Below, in pieces: positions 57,603 to 64,000 of a DNA stretch of 64,000 bases. Positions within the stretch are counted from its first letter, which is position 1; every line of letters starts with the position of its first letter. The position numbers were made by a program, and so were the translations under genes. The notes beneath the pieces were generated by a model. The model did no database searches. It was given only the letters and a program-made list of their open reading frames with translations, and was not told where the DNA came from. Origin of the DNA: a virus; the IMG/VR virus record IMGVR_UViG_3300050501_000235, one strand, 5' to 3'.

Positions 57603-57625
57603 GCCGCTGTATAATTGAATCAGCC
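57603..57625 (+). promoter_or_regulatory. Extended -10 promoter, near-identical copy of 291..310
   Basis: GCCGCTGTATAATTGAATCA, ~50 nt upstream of the ATG at 57660, with a similar CAAACA...GGAGG 5'UTR. Confidence 0.5.
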
Positions 57626-57659
57626 AAGCAAACAAAGGACCGAGGAGGTCGAACTTAAC

Positions 57660-58055
57660 ATGGGCACAACGCTCAACAAGACGTTCACCGTCACACGGAA
57701 GTACTTGGTGAAGGTTCCCAAGCATGTCGTGGAGGAGATCGAACGGGACTACCCCGACACCAACGTGGAGGCGGAGCTCATCGACACAGCGACGAGGTAT
57801 GCTGACGCAGGCGACCTCACAGGCTCGTTGTGTCTGTATCGCAACGCTGAGCGTACCTTGTGCTGGGACATCGATCCCGACATGGAGCCGTACCTGATGA
57901 CGGCCGACTACGAGGTCGAGGAAGTCGACTACGACTACGAGGACTATTCCGTCGAGGTCGAGCACACCTGCGGACACTGCAACACCGTGAACGTCATCGC
58001 CGAAGGTACTGACCCCGGTGAGTACCGTTGTACAAAGTGCATCGAGTGGATGTAG
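57660..58055 (+). CDS. Hypothetical protein with C-terminal zinc ribbon (CGHC...CTKC)
   Basis: ATG at 57660 (RBS GAGGAGGTCGAACTTAACATG) within track ORF 57615..58055. Confidence 0.5.
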   Translation: MGTTLNKTFTVTRKYLVKVPKHVVEEIERDYPDTNVEAELIDTATRYADAGDLTGSLCLYRNAERTLCWDIDPDMEPYLMTADYEVEEVDYDYEDYSVEVEHTCGHCNTVNVIAEGTDPGEYRCTKCIEWM

Positions 58056-58246
58056 TCCTCTCTGCACCGTGCAAGTGATATACGCCCTGTGGGGCTTTGT
58101 ACAGGAAGCAACACCGGTTGATCGATGGAGTGAGTTGAACTGTTGCAACCACCCCGACTCGCTAGCCATGTACGTATGTGGCGTGGTGCTGATAGCTGTA
58201 GCAACAGTGTTGTTCGTCTACAGTTACTACCATGGCAAGGAGAACA

Positions 58247-58456
58247 ATGCCAGACGAGATGAAGAAGGCACTAGGCCACTACAGAGGCCTGGCCGCGGGG
58301 GCCAAGAGGATGAAGGACATGGGCCACACGACCGCCTCGGGTGGTGGGAGCAAGCCACCCAAGGGTTGCCTACGCAAGCTGCTCGTGTGGTTCGGAGGAG
58401 GCGTAGGTGTCGTTGGATACGGCCTCACCGTGTTGCTCCAAGACAAACTAGGTTGA
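58247..58456 (+). CDS. Small protein with C-terminal TM
   Basis: ATG at 58247 after AAGGAGA, in the frame of track ORF 58232..58456. Confidence 0.35.
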   Translation: MPDEMKKALGHYRGLAAGAKRMKDMGHTTASGGGSKPPKGCLRKLLVWFGGGVGVVGYGLTVLLQDKLG

Positions 58457-58467
58457 GGAGGTAGAAC

Positions 58468-58623
58468 ATGGCGTGGTGGAAGTGGTGGGACCCTGACAAG
58501 GGTAAGGGTGCCAAGCCAACAGGCAACAAGGCTGGTGGTAGAAACACTGGCGCCAACCCCAACACCGTCAAGAAGACCGTCGTCCCCAAGAAGAACAGGG
58601 GCATGGACGGTCGCGCCCGCTAG
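58468..58623 (+). CDS. Small Trp/Lys-rich basic peptide (51 aa)
   Basis: RBS GAGGAGGTAGAACATG. MAWWKWWDPDKGKG... Below the track cut-off. Confidence 0.35.
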   Translation: MAWWKWWDPDKGKGAKPTGNKAGGRNTGANPNTVKKTVVPKKNRGMDGRAR

Positions 58624-58694
58624 TTAGCAAGGTCGGTATACAGCCAGCGTTGCCTGTATGCCCTCCTGGTTCAACTAGCGAAAGGAATCGAATA

Positions 58695-59027
58695 GTGGAT
58701 CAGAACGAACAGCGCGACCATGCCGAAGAGGCTGCCAACAGGGAGCTGCTGCACGAGGAAGAGGAGTACGTTCCTAGCTCCGTTGCCGAAGCTGCAGCGA
58801 TGTGTGGTGTCAAAGGGTTCGTCGACGACGAAGACGAGGAGTGCCCGTACACGGCAATGCTCGAGCAGCTCGACCTCGACACCAACGGCATCGCCGTGCG
58901 CGACCCTGGTGCTGAGCTTGAGTTCTACGTCGACCCTCCCTCGTGGCCTACGCTGCGGAGGTTGATCGACGCTGAGTACCAGAAGTGGCTGGAGACGTCA
59001 CCCAACAGCCCTCGCGCTACCAAGTGA
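58695..59027 (+). CDS. Hypothetical acidic protein
   Basis: GTG at 58695 (RBS GAAAGGAATCGAATAGTG) in the frame of track ORF 58650..59027. Confidence 0.4.
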   Translation: MDQNEQRDHAEEAANRELLHEEEEYVPSSVAEAAAMCGVKGFVDDEDEECPYTAMLEQLDLDTNGIAVRDPGAELEFYVDPPSWPTLRRLIDAEYQKWLETSPNSPRATK

Positions 59028-59326
59028 GAGCACCTCGCACTCGCAACATGCCTAACCTACCTGGGCAGCTAGGGCTGATCGACAAGCTGGGCGGTCGCAT
59101 ATGTGACCTAGCCACTGATCAGCTCGACCACCTAGTCGTCGCGGTCCAGCTACGCGAGGAGCGACGTAGGCGAAAGGCCAAAGCGTGGCGAGCCTACCAG
59201 CTCGGGCGGTCGAACAAAAATGCCCCGGGTGGCAACCCTTGAAAGGCATACAGGGTGCTGCAATATAATTAGGATAGCAGCAAAAGCTGCAGCGCAACAG
59301 CAGCACAGTCAAGGAGCGAAGAGCTT

Positions 59327-59593
59327 ATGACGAACAAGAACCTAGCCACGAGGGTGCGTGAGGTGACCGACAAGGCCTCCGACGACCTCGTGCACCACCT
59401 CTGTTCCAACAAGTGGATCTGGCACTCACGCCTCCACACGTTGGCCCTCGAGGCGGCAGGCATCACGGCATCTGAGCTTGAGCTGATGGGTGAGCACGAC
59501 GACACCAATCCCAAGTACACCTTGTACTACACTGAGCTGACGAACCTGATAATGAAGACGCTCGGTCGTACGATCGACAAGCTCAGCTTCTAA
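59327..59593 (+). CDS. Hypothetical protein
   Basis: ORF track, 88 aa. RBS AAGGAGCGAAGAGCTTATG. Confidence 0.45.
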   Translation: MTNKNLATRVREVTDKASDDLVHHLCSNKWIWHSRLHTLALEAAGITASELELMGEHDDTNPKYTLYYTELTNLIMKTLGRTIDKLSF

Positions 59594-59605
59594 CAAGGAG
59601 ACGGC

Positions 59606-59842
59606 ATGATGCCTAAGCAGGCACTGGCGGGAACCTACACCACACCGTTGCACGTGCATGCACTGACCAACGGTAACAGGTTCCTGGACAACAACGGCGA
59701 CGAGGTTGTGGTGTACGCCACAAAGAGGTTGTGGCTCGCGGGCGTATACGTCGGCGATGTCATCAACGAGAGCATGGGCTTCATGCCCAACGAAAGCGTC
59801 CGCCTCGTCGTGGGCGGCAGCACAGGTGCTAGCATCTGCTAG
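59606..59842 (+). CDS. Hypothetical protein
   Basis: ORF track, 78 aa. RBS AAGGAGACGGCATG. Confidence 0.45.
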   Translation: MMPKQALAGTYTTPLHVHALTNGNRFLDNNGDEVVVYATKRLWLAGVYVGDVINESMGFMPNESVRLVVGGSTGASIC

Positions 59843-60101
59843 GGTGTCGCGGGCACACACCTGGGCTAGATGGACAACGGCGTCCTGCACGACGGCACCA
59901 CGCACGGTGCAGTAACATCGCCGAGACGACTGGCCTCGCCAAGCACCCAGTAAGACCGGGTGTTAATATGACTGGTCTGATTGTGCAGCCTGGTCACCAG
60001 CATGTAGACAACGGCGTCTGCAATGATGTCCGACGGCATCGATCCAATGTTGGTGGCCTTGCTGGGCAACACAGCCCACAAACCCCTGAGGAGGGTACAT
60101 A

Positions 60102-60461
60102 ATGGCAACACTCAAGCCCGGTAAGGGTGGCTTCTTCCACCTCAACGGCGACACGCTTGGGTTCTTCACCCTGTCGATGAGCGACCTGTTCGACGCCTTG
60201 ACCGACGAGGGCACGAAGGACCTCAACGAGCTCCTCGACGGCGGCGACGCTGACGAACTGTTCAGGAAGGTCAAGGCCGAACTCGTCGACGACGAGGAGA
60301 TGGACCCGGCCAAGCGGTGGTCGTTCGAGAAGGACAAGTTCGGCCGCAAGGTCTTCAAGGCCATGGACTGGGAGGACGGCACTTATCGGATCACGTTGGT
60401 GCTGAACGGCGCCGGCGAGCTCAAGCTCGATGTCCGCCAATGGTACACCCCGGAGGCGTGA
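60102..60461 (+). CDS. Hypothetical acidic protein
   Basis: ORF track, 119 aa. RBS GAGGAGGGTACATAATG. Confidence 0.5.
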   Translation: MATLKPGKGGFFHLNGDTLGFFTLSMSDLFDALTDEGTKDLNELLDGGDADELFRKVKAELVDDEEMDPAKRWSFEKDKFGRKVFKAMDWEDGTYRITLVLNGAGELKLDVRQWYTPEA

Positions 60462-60463
60462 CA

Positions 60464-60678
60464 TGGTGCGTGTGACCAAGCATGACGTTAGCGCCCTCGA
60501 GGCGATCGCCGCACACATCGAGTCGCTGGCCGTTGCCAACCAGATCGTGTTCGTCTACGACGGCGACGTGGTGGCAGGCAAGGGTGAGTCACTCATGGTC
60601 GATCCTGCGGCCGAGGTTCCGATCAGCGTGGGCAAGGACAACATCGTCCGAGTCCGCGTCGTGCTAGCGGAGCAGTAG
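60464..60678 (+). CDS. Hypothetical protein
   Basis: ATG at 60464 within track ORF 60430..60678. Confidence 0.4.
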
Positions 60679-60938
60679 TGGCCAAGCTGTGCATCGTGCT
60701 CGATGTGCCTGGGTGGTCTGGCGAGCAACTTCGTCAGGCCATCCACGACATCGACGCAACCGAAGATACGGTTCCGATCGCTACCAAGAACGTGGACGTG
60801 AAGGACATACTCATGTACATGTTCGACGGTCAGCTGGGTGTCACCCACACGATCCTGTACCAGGGGATCCAGGATGACGACGAGCCCCGCAAGCCATGGG
60901 GTGAAGTGTATCCACCACAACTCCCGAAGGGTAGCTAA
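60678..60938 (+). CDS. Hypothetical protein
   Basis: ORF track, 86 aa. GTG start overlapping the upstream stop. Confidence 0.45.
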   Translation: MAKLCIVLDVPGWSGEQLRQAIHDIDATEDTVPIATKNVDVKDILMYMFDGQLGVTHTILYQGIQDDDEPRKPWGEVYPPQLPKGS

Positions 60939-61256
60939 GTGGACGCCCGTTCACAACTCAAGCAGGCACTCGATGCCATGGGCATGCAAGACGGTGACGC
61001 TGCTTGGTACAAGGACAACAGCCGTAACATCGACCGGGCCCTTGAGGCGGCACGCGAGCTAGCTGACTACGACGTCCAGCAGTTCGCCGACGAGCTTCGG
61101 AGCCGCATCGCCGGAGGTGAGCTCAGGTTCGTTCTGAGTCTTCCGTCCTTCGGCCACGTCGAGTTCGAGGACGGCGATGAGCTCAAGGTCGACGTCGGGG
61201 AGCAAGACAGCATCCGCGTCGAAGGCTTTACAGTTCGAGTGACGGTGGAGCGATAG
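60939..61256 (+). CDS. Hypothetical acidic protein
   Basis: ORF track, 105 aa. Confidence 0.45.
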   Translation: MDARSQLKQALDAMGMQDGDAAWYKDNSRNIDRALEAARELADYDVQQFADELRSRIAGGELRFVLSLPSFGHVEFEDGDELKVDVGEQDSIRVEGFTVRVTVER

Positions 61257-61486
61257 TGGCTGGTAAGTACAACACACGTCACAACCGCGCAATGAGTAGG
61301 TACCCTGAGCGGCTCAAGAAGCGCAGCATGTCGTCGGCTGCAGTCCGCATGGAGAGCCTAGAGGTCCTCCGCAAGCGGCAGGGTTACTTCGACGGCACAG
61401 ACGACTACGGCAACCTACAACGTGCTCGCCATGTGCAAGCCATCATGGCCGAGCAACGGAGAATCCTACAGATGGAGGGCTACTGA
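61256..61486 (+). CDS. Hypothetical basic protein
   Basis: ORF track, 76 aa. Confidence 0.4.
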   Translation: MAGKYNTRHNRAMSRYPERLKKRSMSSAAVRMESLEVLRKRQGYFDGTDDYGNLQRARHVQAIMAEQRRILQMEGY

Positions 61487-61767
61487 TGGGTAGCAAAGGG
61501 CTGGACGCTGCTGCGGCAGCTGCAGCCGAACGCGGGCTTCACTACCGCGAGATCACTGGCGGGCTGATTCAGACGCGCGCCGAGGTTCAGTCGCGCAAGC
61601 CGCAGCCGGACGTCATCGTCGTCATCGACGTGACAGATGAGGACGACATCAAGATCATCAAGGAGCTGCTCGGAACGCCTTCCCTGGCGTTCAAAGTCAC
61701 GGCCATCGACACGATGGACGGCATCAACATCACCATGCACATCAAGCTCAAGCAGCCGGTGACGTAA
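61486..61767 (+). CDS. Hypothetical protein
   Basis: ORF track, 93 aa. Confidence 0.45.
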   Translation: MGSKGLDAAAAAAAERGLHYREITGGLIQTRAEVQSRKPQPDVIVVIDVTDEDDIKIIKELLGTPSLAFKVTAIDTMDGINITMHIKLKQPVT

Positions 61768-61961
61768 TGGGGTGGCTGTTAGGTGGCGTCGTCGTAATCC
61801 CCTTCGTGGGTGGTCTGATCAGCTACATCTGTGGGCGGATCATCTTGCCTGAGATGGGACTGACCGCACCAGGCTACTGGCCGTGGTTCTGGGTGTCAGC
61901 GGTCTTGACGATTGCCTATACGGTGATCGGTATCATCAAGGGTGCACTCGGCAACGACTAA
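61767..61961 (+). CDS. Small membrane protein (2 TM)
   Basis: ORF track, 64 aa. Hydrophobic. Confidence 0.45.
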   Translation: MGWLLGGVVVIPFVGGLISYICGRIILPEMGLTAPGYWPWFWVSAVLTIAYTVIGIIKGALGND

Positions 61962-62048
61962 CCACCGTACGATCAACGTGGTGCTCGCACAACACATTGA
62001 GCCAGCCACTCAAGTGCGAGCACCGCCTTGAACGTAGAGGAGGTGAAC

Positions 62049-62258
62049 ATGAGCAGATACCGTTTGGTGTTCGACAAGCAGGAGACTCGGATCGTTCCTG
62101 ATCTCAAGTCGACTGATCGACCCAACCACGGCTCGGAGAAGTACTGGGACAACCAGGCAACTCTGGAGGGTGATGAGACTGTCATCGCCGGAGCACTCCG
62201 TGCGATGGCCAACAAGATCGACCCGCCCAAGTCGAACACGAGGAGTGGTGACTACTAA
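62049..62258 (+). CDS. Hypothetical protein
   Basis: ATG at 62049 (RBS GGAGGTGAACATG) within track ORF 62028..62258. Confidence 0.45.
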   Translation: MSRYRLVFDKQETRIVPDLKSTDRPNHGSEKYWDNQATLEGDETVIAGALRAMANKIDPPKSNTRSGDY

Positions 62259-62725
62259 TGGGTGAGACAATCCCCTGCCCAGCAAAGGGATGTCCCAAGA
62301 CGTACGTGCAGGCCAAGTCGTTGCAGAACCATATCCTGAAGACCCATCCGGAGCTTCGGGAGAAGGTCATCAACCAGCCCACGTTCGTCTTCGACGTCGC
62401 TGCCTCAGCACGCCATATCGATGCCGAGGGCCACAGAGCTGTGCGTGGCATCTTTGCTACGCTCGACCAGGCCCTCCCCGATCGGCCAAAGAATGGAGCC
62501 GATGAGCTGCGACGCATCGCAGCGCAGCTGAAGCAGCCACCAAGCATCGTGAGTGATGCTACTCGGGAAGCTTTGGCTGAGGAGCTGATCACCATCGCAG
62601 CAGCACTGGATCTCCTGTACAGGGAGCTTCGGGAGTCCAACCTCCGCACCTTGCAGACCAAGGCAAGGAGATGGGACACCGTCGCTCAAGCAGTTGTAGA
62701 TGCCATCAGTGAGGAAGTGAAGTAA
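62258..62725 (+). CDS. Protein with N-terminal C2H2-like zinc finger
   Basis: CPAKGCPKTYVQAKSLQNHILKTH pattern. 155 aa. Confidence 0.5.
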   Translation: MGETIPCPAKGCPKTYVQAKSLQNHILKTHPELREKVINQPTFVFDVAASARHIDAEGHRAVRGIFATLDQALPDRPKNGADELRRIAAQLKQPPSIVSDATREALAEELITIAAALDLLYRELRESNLRTLQTKARRWDTVAQAVVDAISEEVK

Positions 62726-63108
62726 TGTATCGTCACACAATCGTCGTCGAGGTCGAGGACGACATCATCCATGCACACTCGATCCCGGAGTGGGAGAAGA
62801 TCTTCCTGGAGCTTGGAATCATCCAGCGTGACGAGTTGCCACTGAGCTACGGCCGCGTCGCTGAGATCCTCGCCGAGGAGTATCACAAGTACGGGATGCC
62901 ATACTTCAACAACGCATACGGCACCATTGGTGCGACGGGCATCTCCGCCAGGGAGACCACCAACACACAATACGTCAACGAGCAAGGCAACTGCATCAGC
63001 ACTCGGTTAGTCCCTGCGACGCCCGAGCAGCTTGCCAAGGTGGCGGCAGGGCTCATGACAGGGCCCGACGAGCCTGGCACGATGCAGATCGGCATCAAGC
63101 AGTACTAG
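62725..63108 (+). CDS. Hypothetical protein
   Basis: ORF track, 127 aa. Confidence 0.45.
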   Translation: MYRHTIVVEVEDDIIHAHSIPEWEKIFLELGIIQRDELPLSYGRVAEILAEEYHKYGMPYFNNAYGTIGATGISARETTNTQYVNEQGNCISTRLVPATPEQLAKVAAGLMTGPDEPGTMQIGIKQY

Positions 63109-63221
63109 TTCCTACCCCCATGGTCAGCAGTTAGGTTGGCACTCGTACGACATAGACGTCCCACTAAGGCCACGAGGCCTACCGGACGAGTGCCCTCCTA
63201 GTTAGTTGACAAGGAGGTGAA

Positions 63222-63638
63222 ATGAGTCACACGACTGAATGGGAAGGCAGTGCCTATCCTGAGCAGCGTCGTCCAATGCCGAAGGTTCCAGGACCGCTTA
63301 AGGGCGGCAGGCTCTCTTATGGCAAGCGGAAGGTCACAGTCACGATGCACCACGACGGCGACCTTGGAGGCAGCAACGTTAAGTTCTGGTTGCCTAACTG
63401 GCTTGCCGACGCCTGCCACCATCCAGGTGCAGGCCCAGACGAGATCGGCATGGTGTCAGTATCCATTCCATTTGACGCCGTGCTCCAGCTCGTCTTGGAA
63501 TACTACCGGCGCAAGATGATCAGCGCCCTGGAGAACGCCGATGGCGAGGAGCTCGCTGACCTTGTCCTCGATCGTATAGTCGAGGCAGCGGATGACCTTG
63601 TCCCCAAGACCACCGACAAGCCGGAGACAGAACAGTGA
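63222..63638 (+). CDS. Hypothetical protein
   Basis: ORF track, 138 aa. RBS AAGGAGGTGAAATG. Confidence 0.5.
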   Translation: MSHTTEWEGSAYPEQRRPMPKVPGPLKGGRLSYGKRKVTVTMHHDGDLGGSNVKFWLPNWLADACHHPGAGPDEIGMVSVSIPFDAVLQLVLEYYRRKMISALENADGEELADLVLDRIVEAADDLVPKTTDKPETEQ

Positions 63639-63985
63639 CAGAGCCCAAGGACTACCCGTCTCTGAAGGTGCGCAAGGCCTACTTGACCAGAGTACCTTGG
63701 GTGACAATCCTCAAGCAGCCCCACCCAAGTGGATGCACGGGCTGGCACAACAAGTCATTCGGACGTAAGCAATGTCCCAACCGTGCCTACTACAGCTTCA
63801 AGCATCATCGGGAGCGGAGGCACCGTCCGTACGGCTACGAGTGCCACAAGGGCGAGAGGGAGTTCTACTGCTGGTCGCATCTCATTCATCGTGGCTTCTA
63901 CGGAGGTCACTGTGAGGAGGGCCGAATCAATCGGTGGATGAGAAAGAACCCACCACCGTGGAAGGTAGCCAGTGAGCAAGATTGA
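63635..63985 (+). CDS. Cys/His-rich hypothetical protein
   Basis: ORF track, 116 aa. Overlapping start/stop with the upstream ORF. Confidence 0.45.
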   Translation: MTEPKDYPSLKVRKAYLTRVPWVTILKQPHPSGCTGWHNKSFGRKQCPNRAYYSFKHHRERRHRPYGYECHKGEREFYCWSHLIHRGFYGGHCEEGRINRWMRKNPPPWKVASEQD

Positions 63986-64000
63986 GAACGTATACGCTAT

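Noticed and set aside
59843-60101. Minus-strand ORF 59866..60111 in a plus-strand gap
   Set aside because: It has no RBS and lies in a uniformly plus-strand region; the gap more likely carries a promoter or terminator. It is left uncalled.

Overview
This window reads as most of a high-GC tailed-phage genome (siphovirus-like, probably an actinobacteriophage) in three blocks; no integrase, attP or CRISPR array was seen. Many start codons are GTG/TTG and coordinates outside the ORF track are +/- a few nt.
(1) 1..29294 is a plus-strand early/DNA-metabolism arm. It contains:
- an RNA-gene island (1140..3160) with two clear tRNAs (Met-CAT, Gly-TCC) and three atypically long tRNA-like elements;
- an SNF2 helicase and many small or Cys-rich ORFs;
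- a recombination/replication module: Cas4/RecB-like exonuclease, Sak4-like ATPase, DUF669-like protein, primase-polymerase/helicase;
- a complete 7-deazaguanine (preQ0-type) DNA-modification gene set (QueC, QueD, QueE, FolE and a candidate DpdA), interleaved with Nudix and MazG-like NTP pyrophosphatases, directly upstream of a UDG-like/family-A DNA polymerase fusion;
- an HNH endonuclease and a RuvC-like resolvase.
(2) 29371..51778 is a minus-strand late operon, in transcription order: possible small terminase, three unusual ORFs, TerL, portal, protease/scaffold, decoration protein, major capsid, connectors, major tail, G/GT chaperone with a visible -1 slippery site, tape measure, distal-tail and fibre genes including two paralogous fibres, embedded membrane proteins, endolysin, holin-like proteins.
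(3) 52191..end is a plus-strand arm of small early genes: acidic protein, GNAT, Zn-finger proteins.
The most interesting signals are in non-coding sequence:
- a 12-bp motif CCCCACAGGGCG recurring 5-7 times in intergenic sites;
- a CGAACAAAA motif 40-56 bp upstream of TATAAT boxes;
- two pairs of near-identical promoter cassettes;
- an iteron-rich AT island;
- a ~30-bp inverted repeat flanking a small ORF.
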